Shown one piece after another: positions 38,176-50,878 of a stretch of 64,000 bases of DNA. Made by a program: the position numbers and the translations under genes. The notes beneath the pieces are model-generated. The model saw only the letters and a program-made list of their open reading frames with translations. It ran no database searches and was not told where the DNA came from. The stretch is taken from assembly GCF_009834535.1 (NCBI RefSeq), contig NC_045696.1:22384001-22448000 (forward strand), read 5' to 3'. Each line of letters starts with the position of its first letter. Position 1 is the first letter of the stretch. The stretch comes from Camelus ferus. Its lineage: Eukaryota.

Positions 38176-39694
38176 TGGGGACACAAATGTTGATTGGAAG
38201 CTCTACTTTCATGTCTAGTGTATCAAGAGTCAGGTCTCGTGGAGCATCGAGCTGGCTGTCTGTTGGGGGGCTCCTGGATGTCCATACTTATGGGGCTAAA
38301 CAGTTTCCCCTGAGGACTTCTGCACTCTCTTGCATGGTGTAGTGTCAGCCAGTCAGCTTTCTGAGTGCCTAGTGGGAAGGGGACCAGAGACCTCACTTCA
38401 GGATGTACACTCATTGAACGTCTCAGTAGTGATCTACTGTCTTCTGTGTTATGTAGCCACGTGCCTGCCTGGACAGAGGGAGGGAACGAAAATGCCTGTT
38501 CACGCTTTACTCAGACTTTTCACAAAAGCTACTGTTTTAAGCCCTACTTGCTAACCCAACACCTTCAGAAGCCCCTGGCTCCTCCAGTGTTGGAAATGTT
38601 CTGGATTTCTGTGGCAGGACTCAGCTTGCTTTGTGTTGGCTGTTTTCTTCTTCAGGTACTTAGCAGAGCAGAGAAAGCAGAAACCTAAGTCATTTACCAT
38701 GAGGTTATCAGCTTTCCAGCTTCCACTATTTAGTGGACAAGAATCATCTGCTATCACTACGTCTCCGGTTCTCTCTGTTTTTGTGGGATTATCCCTTTAA
38801 AAAAAGTAATTTTTGTTACTTTAGTGGAGTTTCAGGAAAGTATAAAAAGAAAAAAATTTGTTTTGTTTTTCTGTCTGCTGCAGTTAACAGGAAGACCTTT
38901 TATTACCTGAGCTTTTTTAAAAGTGAAGACTAACTTCCTATGAGTGAGGAAATAGATGTACTGTGTCATCATTTGGCAGAGATGCCAGGTCAGCACTGAA
39001 ATACCATTATATATTAGGAAAGGAGAATAGATTTTTTTTTTAAAATAAAAAGGAAGGGATCATTTCTTAGATACTGATTTTTTTTTTCAAACTGAACTTT
39101 AAAAAAAAATTTTTTTTTCATTTGTGGATCACTTTTCCTTCATATCCAGCTGATGTTTGGCTAAAATGGGCAGATGAAAAATATTCTGCCCTTAGAATAT
39201 TTTTACATTCCACAAACATTTACAAGATGAAACTTCCATTTTATTTCAATACCTTGAATGGCAACAGCCTCCTCATTTTTCTTTTATAATTTCCCTGGAG
39301 GATGAACAATAGGGAAACTGTTGACATTTCTAGAAAGCTTTTTATGTTTAACCTTGATTTCATCTCTGAGTAAGAGGTCATTAAGCTATGGTTCCCAAAT
39401 TGTGCACTGAGTCCACAGGGGCTACATTGAACTCACTGGGGCTAGATGAGATATTTAAACGTTTTGAGGGAAACACAGCAACATCTGTTGGTCGCTATCT
39501 GACCGACTAGCTCAAGGTAGCTTACTTTCAACTTTAGATTACGGTACACTGCTTTTGTAGAAGACATCTCTTTGTGAGGATGGGTTTTCAGTGGTTGCTT
39601 TGATAAAAAGAAGATAGCGTGTGGTAATGAAGTGGAACAAGAAATGACGGTGATGGGTTCTAATCTGATTCTGAAGTTTGAGTGTATAGTGCTC

Positions 39695-40197
39695 GTATTA
39701 GTCAAGGTTCCCCAGAGAAACAGAACTGAGGATATATGTCTATATGTACCTATTGATTTATTATGAGGGATTGGCTCACATGACTGTGAAGCTGAGAAGT
39801 CCCATGGTTTGCCTGTCTTTAAGGGGGAGGCCCAGGAAAGCCAGTGGTGCAGTTCCAGTCCAGCCTCCAAGGCTTGTGAACCAGAGAGTTAATGGTGTAA
39901 GTCCCAGTCTGAGTGCGAAGGTCCAAGAACTAGGAGCACTGACGTCTGAAGGCAGGAGAAGAGGGATGTCCTAGCTCAGGAAGAGGGCAAATTTGCCCTT
40001 TGGCCACCTTTTTGTTCCATTAAGTCCCTCAACAGATTGGATGCCACCTGCCTTGGAGAAGCTGATCTTCTTTACTCAGTCTACCTATTCAAATGCTTAT
40101 CTTTTCCAGAAACACTCTCACAGACACACCCAGAAAAAATTGTGCCAGCTCTCTGGGCATCCCTTAGCCCAGATGACACATAAAATTGACCATTACG
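39695..40197 (-). mobile_element. ERVL solo LTR (MLT2-like)
   Basis: GTATTAGTCAAGGTTCCCCAGAGAAACAGAAC...GGATTGGCTCACA...GACACATAAAATTGACCATTAC. Confidence 0.85.
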
Positions 40198-40230
40198 ATG
40201 TCCAACAGGTGCATGTACCTCACTGGTTAG

Positions 40231-40795
40231 CGTAGTGGTTTAAAAATGTGTCCAAAATTATTTGATATCCTTTCTTTTAAGAGATGGAGACTAACACCTC
40301 TCCTTTTGAGTATGGGCTGGACTGAGCAGCCAGCTTCTAAGAAGAATACAGCAGAAGTAACGGTATATGGTTTCCAAGTCTGTGTCATAAAAGGCATTGC
40401 AACCTCCTCCTTGCTTGTTCCCTCAGATGGCTCACTCTTGGGGAAGTCAGTTGCCATGTGTGAAGACACTCGAGCAGCCCTGTGGGGGTGCCCGTGTGGT
40501 GAGGAACTGAGCCTGTTTTCCAACAGCCGATCAGGAGCTGAGCCCTCCTGCCAATTGCCATGTGAATGAGCCATCTTGGAAATTAATCCTCCAGCCCCAG
40601 TCAAGCCTCCACGTGGCTGCAGCCCCAGCTGACATCCTGATTGAAAACTCAGGAGACATCTTGGGCCACCGCCATCTAGCCAAGCCTCTCCTGGATCCCT
40701 GACCCGTGGAAATGATTAGATAATAAATAACTGTTGTTTAAGCTACTAAACAACAGTTGGGGTAACTTGTTGGGCAGCAATAGATGACTAATAGA
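40231..40795 (+). mobile_element. MaLR solo LTR (MLT1F-like)
   Basis: GTGAGGAACTGAG, CAGCCCCAGTCAAGCC, ends GCAGCAATAGATGACTAATA. Confidence 0.85.
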
Positions 40796-41398
40796 GTATG
40801 TGTGAAATCATAAAATAAAATACTTTTTTTATATTTGTTTATGTGTGTACACTTTCAAACAGCCATTAAGTTGTTGGAAACTTAAGTATTTCCTAAGTTG
40901 TTAAACCTAACTACTCAATAAGTGAACTTTGGGTATTTTTTCTTTGGCCTATGATGAAAAAGTTACTGAGAGACTAAATGTGCCAGGCACTGTCAAAGTT
41001 TTAAAGCTCATCATTAAGTTACAGATAGTTGATAACGCTTTTTCCTTTTAATTTATTTTGGCAGATACATAATTTTAACCTATTTTTGGAGTGGAAAAGT
41101 TTATTACTTTAGATATTGAATTTTTTTTTCTTGTTATGTCACTGGAGCTATGAAAATGGAAAAAAATTACATGTATAATTAACTTTCATCTAGGGAAGTG
41201 ATCATTTGAGAGTAAATTGGCTAGTCTTCACATGAATTAAATTATTGGCATATAGAGATCAAGTATATAGGGGCTAATATAAAAATGGGGAATAAATTAA
41301 CTCGTACATGCAATGAAGAGTGGAGATACCAGCTTATGGGTATAGCCACATGAACCTTCAATACAGCAGTCTGTTCACTGGAAATAAGAAGAGATGAA

Positions 41399-41412
41399 GC
41401 ACCCTCTAGTGG
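41399..41412 (-). promoter_or_regulatory. Putative CTCF motif
   Basis: Minus strand CCACTAGAGGGTGC, close to the CTCF core CCACTAG(A/G)GGGCGC; motif match only. Confidence 0.45.
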
Positions 41413-42954
41413 TAACTGTTGATATAATTTGGTGGCAGAAAAGATTGTAACAAATTCCTTCCTATACCATCGGACAGTGTTTGAATAATACTTAACATGA
41501 TTTTTAACCTCACTGATACTATTAAATATTAAATCCTTGATTATGACTTTGGATTTGAATTTTTTTGAATGTAAGCAGGACACCTGTAATTTTTTTAGCC
41601 AGATTTAGCAGCATTGGTAGTTTTATTTTATACAGGACGAACAAAATCTTTTCCTGTTATTACATTAAAAAAAAAAAGAACAAGCTCGATAAAGTATAAA
41701 ATTTTCTCAAATCAGATTGCATCATTACTATGCAAGCAACTCACAAGCATGAGGTGCCCCTTACATTATGAATTAAATTGCTTGTAACGTAGCATCTTCC
41801 AACTTTCTTGTCCATGAAGTAAACGAATACTAAAAACAGTAACTTTGTGCTAAACACTTAACTGTGTAGAAGGGATTGGGGAGAGGCGAGGAGGGATTCA
41901 GAAAAGTGAACAAGTGTGAGGTGGTTCTGTGGATGATGGAAAGTAGGAGGTGCTATGAGAATCCATGTGAGAAACCTCATTTGGGTCCAAGGGAACAGAG
42001 ACGGTCTCCCGGAAAAAGAAGCATAAACAGATTGTGACCAGAGCTGACCTGGTAGGGCTGTTTTGCTACCTTGATTTACCCTAGCCTCACAAAATGCAGG
42101 TTTTCATAAACTTGTTTTGAACTGAGAATACACTGCTTTAACAAAAGCAACCATGCTTTGTGAATATGTTGATTATTTTAACGTTTGTACTTAACATGGG
42201 AATATCTATTGTGTTTGTCTCTGAGAACTGTGACTTTAACACCTCTCAGAACAATGAGTCATTTCACACTAGGAAGAATTCCAGGTATTCATTTAATCTT
42301 GTCTTCATAATTGCCACCCATCTATTCTTTAAGGATGATTAATAATTTATGCCATGTGGACAGAGGAGGACTGATTTAATCCACAATGCAGTTAACAAAA
42401 AGCCCAGTTTTAAAAATGCAAAGTGATCTCAACTGATCTTTAATGTGAATTAAAAACAATTAGTTTGCACTTTTGTGGATAAGTGTAGCTGGTAGACATA
42501 CATGAACTTGGTGAAATTTTAGGAGTCAACAGCTTGTCATTTAGAATACTGATTTAGCTCTGCAGTAAATGTCTGTATCCCACAACAAACTGGAGCTGTA
42601 TTGTACCCCTTTTCCTGATTCGAGAGGTATATTCACTTATCGAAAACACGGGATGCTGCTAGAGTGAGAATGAACAACTCTAATGAGTATTATTTTTTTA
42701 CCCAATTGATCAAAGAAAGCCTTAAAAGATACGATATTAGCTTCACTTAAACAATGACTACTCCAATAGAAAACTAAGTGAATTAAAAACATGCAACAAC
42801 TAATTTGGCGATTATCTACTTGTTCCTAGTTATTTCTTATAATCATGAGTCAGAATTCAAAATTCTTTAAAGTAAGTTGGTTGCAAACGTAGCAAATGAG
42901 GAATAGCTTTGTTCAGGACGACCTGGACACTGTTAGATTATATCTAAAGGAAGT

Positions 42955-43562
42955 TTATATTCTGTGTATACTTTTGGTTGCAAGTGAAGAAATCCAACTC
43001 AGTCTCATGTAAACAAAAAGTGGATTTATAGGCCTGTGTGATTGGAGTGAAGAGGACCTGGCACCAGGCACAACTGGCTTGAAGTGGAAGCAAAATGGAC
43101 ATTCCCTTTCTTCCCACCTCTGCTCGCTCCTGCCTTAGCTTCCTCTGTTGATGGACTGGCCTGGTTTGGTTGCAGTGTACGACCCTAGACCCCTGGGGAG
43201 ACAGACCGAGGTCATTGCTACTCCCTGCACTGCCCATAGATCAACAGGAGAGGCACCATCCGAGAACTTATCTGAAATGCAAACTCTCAGGTGCTCCCAC
43301 ATCGACTGAATCAGAATCCTCGTATTAAAAGATCCCTAGCTGATGTGCACATTAAAGTTTGAGAGTGTCTGTATCGGACCCCCTTGGCTTGGAAAAGGGG
43401 GTTTTATAATTGGCTGGGCCTGGGTCTCACTGGCATTAAAAGGAATATAGGGGAACAGAGGGTGATGGGCAGTCTTACCAGAATCACATGATTGGGGAGG
43501 AGAGAACGGAACCCAGATGTGCAGGAATGAACTGCAAAAAGCAGTGGACTATCGCCACAACA
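42955..43562 (-). mobile_element. MaLR LTR (MLT1K-like) interrupted by a MER5-like MITE (~43250-43372)
   Basis: CTTTTGGTTGCAAGTGAAGAAATCCAACTC; MER5 GAAATGCAAACTCTCAGG...CACATTAAAGTTTGAGA. Confidence 0.6.
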
Positions 43563-43820
43563 CCTGAGTGATGACTTTGGTCCGAAGAAAGGATTGGCTT
43601 AAGATCAGTCTAATTTTTGAGAAGATATTGAGAACAAACTGGGGACTTCCAAGGTCATTTCTAATGGAAAGAAGTGGGAAAGAAGAGAGAAACTGTGTAT
43701 ATATTTTCTACACATCTGGTACTATCAGGGCCTTCTTTACAAGATACACTTGTGTATTTGAGTGAAATCAGAACCAGTGTACCAAACTTTATAACTTTAT
43801 CTGCTTGAGAAAATTATTTT

Positions 43821-44773
43821 CTCTTTTTTCATATATAAACTTTTTTTATTGAGTTATAGTCATTTTACAATGTTGTGTCAAATTCCAGTGTAGAGCACAG
43901 CTTTTCAGTTATACATGAACATACCTACATTCATTGTCACATTCTCTTTTGCTGTGAGCCACCACAAGATCCTGTATATATTTCCCTGTGCTACACAGTA
44001 CAATCTTGTTTATCTATTCTACATTTTGAAATCCCAGTCCCTTCCCACCCCCTGTCTCCCTGGCAACCACAAGTTTGTATGCTATGTCTATGAGTCTGTT
44101 TCTGTTTTGTATTTTTGTTTTTGTTTTTGTTTTTTTTTTTTTTAGATTCCGCATATGAGCGATCTCATACGGTATTTTTCTTTCTCTTTCTGGCTTACTT
44201 CACTTAGAATGACATTCTCCAGTAACATCCATGTTGCTGCAAATGGCGTTATGTTGTCAGTTTTTATGGCTGAATAGTATTCCACTGTATAAATATACCA
44301 CTTCCTCTTTATCCAGTCATCTGTCGATGGACATTTAGGCTGTTTCCACGTCTTGGCTATTGTAAATAGTGCTGCTATGAACATTGGGGTGCAGGTGTCC
44401 TTTTGAAGTAGGGTTCCTTCTGGATATATGCCCAGGAGCGGGATTACTGGGTCATAGGGTAAGTCTATTCCTAGTCTTTTGAGGATTCTCCATACTGTTT
44501 TCCACAGTGGCTGCACCAAACTGCATTCCCACCAGCAGTGTAGGAGGGTTCCCTTTTCTCCACAGCCTCTCCAGCATTTGTCATTTGTGGATTTTTGAAT
44601 GATGGCCATTCTGACTGGTGTGAGGTGATACCTCATCGTAGTTTTGATTTGTATTTCTCTGATAATTAGTGATATTGAGCATTTTTTCATGTGCCTATTG
44701 ATCATTTGTATTTCTTCCTTGGAGAATTGCTTGTTTAGGTCTTCTGCCCATTTTTGGATTGGGTTGTTTGTTT
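43821..44773 (-). mobile_element. Young 5'-truncated L1 with an open ORF2 C-terminus
   Basis: ORF 44142-44705 contains [21 protein letters not shown] ttgagaaaattatttt at 43805-43820 and 44774-44789. Confidence 0.97.
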
Positions 44774-45249
44774 TTGAGAAAATTATTTTATTTCTCTAAT
44801 GGACTTTTGTCATCTTTGTTGGCTGCCTAGACCATGTCCTCTCTTTCTTATGTTTGGAGAATTTCCTATTTTTATGGGCCTTGCTGGGAGGCACAGTCTA
44901 CCTGCTGCTATCTGAGGGAAAAGCCACTCTCCTGCTTTCCCGTATTCCCTGTAGCTAGAACAATCAGATATTTCTACCCCAGACACTGAATCAAGAGCTA
45001 CTGACCCATAGAAACATGGAGGTTATAGAGAATTGTCTCTTTAGCCTTGATAGTGGTTGGAATAAAATTAAGTTCCCCAGGCTATGGTTCCCCAGTCACG
45101 GAAGCGCCAGCGATGTCTTTAACATGTAAATACAGGGCTGTAATTTCGCATGATGGTTCTTTCTGTCCAACTTTGAGCCTTGTATGCAACCTTCTTGGAA
45201 ATTCAACAATTGCTGCTGAAATTGCCAGGATCACTGTCTCGCTGGTCCC

Positions 45250-45426
45250 CAGGACTGGCTCCGTGGGCTTGTGATCTGTGTGGTCGCACAGAGCTTTGCC
45301 CTTAGAGTCGCCTCTGCGCTTGGCATAATGCTCAGCTGTCACAGTTTTGAAATCCCTAAGAATTTTAACAAGGAGACCTGCATTTTCATTTTGTACAGGG
45401 CCCCACAGATGGTGTAGCTGGTCCTG
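45250..45426 (+). mobile_element. MER91A-like hAT-Tip100 MITE
   Basis: CAGGACTGGCTCC ... CATTTTCATTTTGTACAGGGCCCCACAGATGGTGTAGCTGGTCCTG. Confidence 0.7.
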
Positions 45427-47127
45427 CTGCCCCTAACACTGCTGAATGCTGGGTACTACTTTTTCAAAAATGCAAGTTAGTGAGACCAGGATGCCTGAAT
45501 GGGCTGAGAAGAAATCAGGAACAAAGGTGGCGCCACCTGTGTTTTTGGCAGCGTGCTTTTCCATGTGCTACAGTTATTTGTGAATCCTTATTGTTTCTCC
45601 TACCACGCTGGGAATTTCTGAGAGTACAAACTGTGATCCTGCAGCATCTTAATCCTCTCAACCTTTATCTTTCTCTCTCTCTATCGGTCTACTTACAGTT
45701 GAGCAACACTTCTAAAATGATGTAATCTCATTTGGTCCTCATTGGAGCCCTGTGGGTGTTGATGTTGCTGTTTTATTATATATTTACCATCGCTGACGCA
45801 TTGTGGCTCAGGGAGGTCATCTATCCAAGTTCACTGCCTCCATTATAATGAAGTTAGGGTCAGAACACAGGGTGATGTGCATAATTCCTCTTCCTGTATG
45901 CTTTTTTCTTCCTAAGTGTGCTTCTGTAATCATCTCAGAATTGAGAACTTCCATTGCACAGATGAAGGTATTTTAGAGATTTTGACAGACTGCTCGAAGT
46001 ATAGACGTAATAATGAACAGACTCAAAGTCTGATGTAAGCCTAACTCCATGGGATTTTCTATAGTGGTAGGAAAAAGAAAAAAAGAGAGAGAGAGAGAAT
46101 TGAGGCACACGTACAACCAAACCATTGTAGTTTACATTCCCAGAGATTTTTGAAAATGGTATATTTATACTAGCAAATTTTCTTAAGACAGGAGGGCGCT
46201 CTGGAAGATACCACCTGCTTCGTTTTATCTCTGCAGTTTTATTTATTTTGAAAATGTTTCTTCATGTGCATTCTGGCTGCCACAAAATCTCTACAAACAT
46301 AGTTAAAATAGTTTCAGCTAGTCTGATAATACAAATGTTTTTGAAAACATAACCAGCAGGTACACTCAGTATCTTGAGAGTTCATGGCAACAAAAATAAT
46401 TAAGAGTAATATACACAAGTCAGGTTGCTGAAGGATTTACACAAATATTTGGTTATCTCATTAGCTCTAAGACAAATATTTCCAGCTAATGACCGAGAAA
46501 AATTTCTACTTGGAAAAACACTGATTTTTTTGGGATAAGAAAGTGAAATTTATGTTGGAAGGAAACACACTGATAAAATGTCAATTTTCTGAAATTAAAT
46601 ATAATTTGAAACTTGCTATGTAATGTTTATATAATATGACTCATAACTCATTTAACCTCTACAAGGATACAGAAAATTGAATAGTTTCAAAGTTCCTTCA
46701 CAGAAGTGTTTTTTTCCCCCGTTGTCCAGTGGTGACCAGTGGTGACCTTCTCTAATCTCTTGAGATGAAATAATTTTGTATTGTTAAAAAATATGATCTC
46801 TTTTTAAAGAAATATGGTCACTTTATAAGTGGATAATTTATCTGTTATTAGTTTGGAGCAACCTAGCAAAGACTTTGGGATAATAAGCAAGACTTGCTCA
46901 CAAATAAAAATCAACACCCTGTTTTATAGGAGGAGAGGAGTAATTGTTCTGCTTAGCTACAAAATCAGGAGGTGAAAAACTGCCTCTGATCAGAGGGAAT
47001 TTACTCCTCACTGGTTTCCCTTCTTCCTCATGGAGAGAGATTTTGGTTAGATGTGGAGTGAGTCAGAAGTCTGATCTGTGTAAATTCAGGCTGAGGCCAG
47101 CATAGATTTAGAGAATCAGCTCTCTCT

Positions 47128-47320
47128 GTGGCCTTCAGTTAAGGTCTGTGACCTCTGCAGTCCCACAGGGCCTCACACTCAGAAGGGCCTGGTGCCTGAG
47201 CTTGATTCAATGCTGTGCTTTTGCTGTTTTGAAATTTTTAATCATTTTGGGACAAGGAATCCAGCTTTTCATTTTGCACTGGGCCCTCTCCCATGTAACC
47301 ACAAGCTGAGGCTGGTCCTT
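47128..47320 (+). mobile_element. MER91A-like hAT-Tip100 MITE
   Basis: CACAGGGCCTCACACTCAGAAGGGCC...TTTTCATTTTGCACTGGGCCC. Confidence 0.7.
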
Positions 47321-48264
47321 CCTCTGGTGCTGCTAAACCTGTTTAACAACCTCTAAGTGGAAACTGCAGACTGTCAACACCTCAAACCACTCCCCACTTT
47401 CTACCCTCAGTACAGGTTTTACTTCCTGCTTCATCAGATGGGAACCAGTGTCCGACATTTGTCTAAAAAGTTATCTGCATCCATCCCTCTTGTCCTTTTC
47501 CTGGTAAAAGGCAATCCTTCCATCTGAGCTGTGGAAGCCTCACCTTCTCCAGACCCTGCTCCATCAATTACTGCCCTCTTCTGACCCTTTAACCTTTCTC
47601 TCTTCATTGGTTCCTTCTCCTAGACGTATGAACGCATGCTCTATATGCAGCCTGCCGGCTGAGCACAGGTGAAGTGGTTTAACCCCAGGCCACTTCCACA
47701 GCGTCCACCTGCCCGATGGAAGGCAGGTGGACACTGCCTTTTTTTTTCTCCTGGCTCATAAAAATCCCATACTGTTAATCATTTTATTATTAAATGACAA
47801 GACAGACCACAGTTTTTCACATCACTATTACATTCATGCTAGGGATAACAGTGCTTCCTCTATCATAAAGGCTACTTGATCTTTTAAAAACATGTTATTT
47901 TGGAATATCTATTACTCTTAGAATATCTGGGCATGCTTAATGAAATGAAAAATTATATAACATTCCAATTTTTTTTACTTAAGCAGTGTCTAATTTATAC
48001 AATTTATACATAACTTTTAATTTTAGTAATAGGAACAATGAAATTATTTCACTTCTTGACTTTTAACAAGACTTTTAACTCCCTAAGATATGCATTGCAA
48101 CTATACAATAGATTCTGTCATCAATATGATGGTCTTGGCATCTTATATATTATGGCCCCACTTTAAGTCCTATTAACTAAAATAAAAACTGGCAAAGAAA
48201 TAAATCCTTTTGGGATCAGAAAATGTAGATGAGGCTACCCCTCTGGTACTGGTTCCGAATGTTG

Positions 48265-48590
48265 ACTCTCTGGAGCCCAGCTGTGTTTCTCTATTCCAGC
48301 TCTGCTGTTTGCCAGCTGTATGGTCTTGAGCTAGTGACTTAACCTCTCTGTGCATCTGTTTTCTTAGGAAAAACGAGGATAAAAATAGTATCTACTGACA
48401 CAACATTGTAAAATGATTATAAATCAATAAAAAATATTAAAAAAAAAAGAAGCCAGTAAAGTTTTCAAGGCTCTGAAATAAAACCTCTTTTAATCTGAAA
48501 AAAAAAATAGTATCTACTTCAAAGAGTTGTTAGGAGAATAAAATTAAGTGTATTTAGAGTAGCCCACATAGTAAGTGCTAAGTGTCTCTG
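48265..48590 (+). mobile_element. MIR interrupted by a tiny L1 insertion
   Basis: GTGACTTAACCTCTCTGTGCATCTGTTTTC ... resumes AGAGTTGTTAGGAGAATAAAATTA. Confidence 0.8.
48397..48502 (+). mobile_element. L1 3' tip with a 49-bp 3' transduction
   Basis: GACACAACATTGTAAAATGATTATAAATCAATAAAA + poly(A) + unique 48449-48497 + poly(A); TSD aaaaatagtatctact at 48381-48396 and 48503-48518. Confidence 0.88.
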
Positions 48591-49340
48591 GTGATTACTC
48601 TCCTTCTACTCAGCTCCACACCTTTCTCCTGCTCCTTTCTTCACAGCAGAGAATGGTGTGCTGGGGTAAACAGAATACTGTTCTGCTTGTCAGGGAAATG
48701 TATATATTAGGCATTTAGAAATAAATGGAAAAGGCAGGCATTGTGTCCTTTCAGTATCAGACTTGTGCTCAGCTGTGGTTTTTTGTTGTCAAATCTGGAA
48801 AACAGGAAACATATCATTCAGTACCCTGCACCGTCCTCTTACAACTCATTACTAAACAGAACAAATGTTTAACTTATTGGTCTGTAGCATCTTCTCCAGA
48901 GGGCTGTTTGGGAATTGCTTTATGCGTATATCATCAAAGGGATGGCACTCTTCACCCCCATCTCCAAACAAGGAGACTCTGAAGGTAATCAGTTCTTAGA
49001 CTCAAAAACTGAAAGTGTCAGCAACTTCCCAATTCCTGTTCTACCACCATATAAAGTTCAGATTCATTGGGTATCTTGTTAAAGTAGTACTTATTTAACT
49101 TTGTTTTGTTTTTGTTTTTGAGAAACATCTTGTTCCTTATGTAAAGGCTTCTGAAACATTATCTGGTACAGCTTAATGTCATCAAAATGCAAACAGTAGC
49201 CCAAGCCAGAAAACTAGGATCTATCCAAATTCTACATGCATCTCTGGACTTCACCCCTTCACCATCCATTCCATCACCCACATTACAATTGCTCACACCT
49301 ACCCCCTCCTCCTAATTCTGGTTTAAGAACCTTCCTATCT

Positions 49341-49515
49341 CAGTAGCTCTCAACCTTAGAATCTCTTTGAAACTAGAAAACATATATATAAGATTTCCAT
49401 GCCCACCCCAGGATAACTGAACCAGAACCTCTGGGAATGAAGCCCAACATCTGTTTTTTTAAAAAAAAAATTTCCCAGGTGGTGCTGCTGCTCACCTAGG
49501 ATTGAGGACTGCTGA
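49341..49515. mobile_element. MER5A-like MITE
   Basis: CAGTAGCTCTCAACCTT ... CCCAGGTG... AGGATTGAGGACTGCTG. Confidence 0.7.
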
Positions 49516-49773
49516 CTTTCTTGGACAGTGTAGTGACTGCCTGGCGGTTCTCACGGGGTCTGTTCACCCTCCTTTAATAGATTTCAGTACTGACCCACAG
49601 TGATCCTCTGGTAAATAAATCACACCATGCCCTGCTCTGCCTGAACGCCTTGGCTCCCTTTCTAGGTAGGTTAAAGTCTAAACTACCTGGTTTGGCAAAT
49701 AAAATCTTTCCTGATTCTACCAAAGACTTCCTGTACATTTTCTGCCTATCTCATTGGTAGACTGAATACTCTT

Positions 49774-50878
49774 TTTTAATTTATTTCTTATTAAAAAAAT
49801 TTTTTTTAGTTTTTTAAAATTGAAGTATAGTTGATATACAATGTTTTGTTAGTTTCTGGTGTACAGCATAGTGTACAAGATATTGAATATAGTTCCCTGT
49901 GCTATACAGGAGGACCTTGTTTATCTATTTTATATTAGTAGTTTATATCTGCTAATCCCAAACTCCTCATTTATCCCTTCCCCTCTTCCCCACTGATAAC
50001 CATTAGTTTGTTTTCTTTATCTGTGAGTCTTTCTGGTTTGTGAATAAGTTCATTTGTGTCTTTTTTTAGATTCCACATGTAAATGATATCACAGAATATT
50101 TGTCTTTCCCTGTCTGACTTACTTCACTTAGCATGATGATGTCTAGGCCCATCCATGGTGCTGCAAATGGTATTACTTCATTCTTTTTTTTGGCTGAGTA
50201 GTATTCCATTGTGTGTATATGTGTGTGTGTGTGTATAAAAACAAACAGCTTTTTTACTTTTTGTTTTTTTTAAATATATTTTAATTGAAGTGTAGTCAGT
50301 TTACAATCTTGTGTCAATTTCTGGTGTACAGCACAATACTTCAGTCATATAGGAACATACATATATTCATTTTTATATTCTTTTTCACCATAACTTACTA
50401 CAAGATACTGAATATAGTTCCCTGTGCTATACAGTCTAAACTTGTTAATCTATTTTATGTATATACAACTTCTTTATCCAGTCGTTGGTCTGTGGACACT
50501 TAAGTTGCTTCCATGTCTTGGCTATTGTATATAGTGTTGCTATGAACATGGAGGGTGCATGTATCTTTTTGAATTAGAGTTTTCTCTGGATATGTGCCCA
50601 AGAGTGGGATTGCTGGATCATATAGTAAGTCTATTTAGTTTTTTAAGGATTCTCCATACTATTTTCCATAGTGGCTGCACCAAATTACATTCTCACCAGT
50701 AGTGTAGGAGGGTTCCCTTCTCTCTACACCCTTTCCAACATTTATTATTTGTGGACTTTTAAACAATGACCATCCTGACTAGTGTGAGGTGATACCTCAT
50801 TGTAGTTTTAATTTGCATTTCTCTAATAATTAGTGATGTTGAGCATCTTTTCATGTCCCTATTGGCAATGTGTATTAT
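49774..50878 (-). mobile_element. 5'-truncated L1 with a nested second L1 3' end (~50240-50462)
   Basis: TSD tagactg(a/g)atactctt at 49758-49773 and 50879-50894; a second AATTGAAGTGTAGTCAG start sits inside a (TG)n tract. Confidence 0.9.

Larger units (their letters stand above)
39386..41010 (+). mobile_element. Charlie4a-like hAT element split by two LTR insertions
   Basis: Pieces ~39386-39695, ~40198-40230 and ~40795-41010 are collinear with the reverse complement of 10574-11092. Confidence 0.72.

Noticed and set aside
47839..47860. CTAGGGATAACAGTGC resembling mitochondrial 16S rRNA or an I-SceI site
   Set aside because: Only ~13-16 nt match, and the flanks are not mitochondrial-like.
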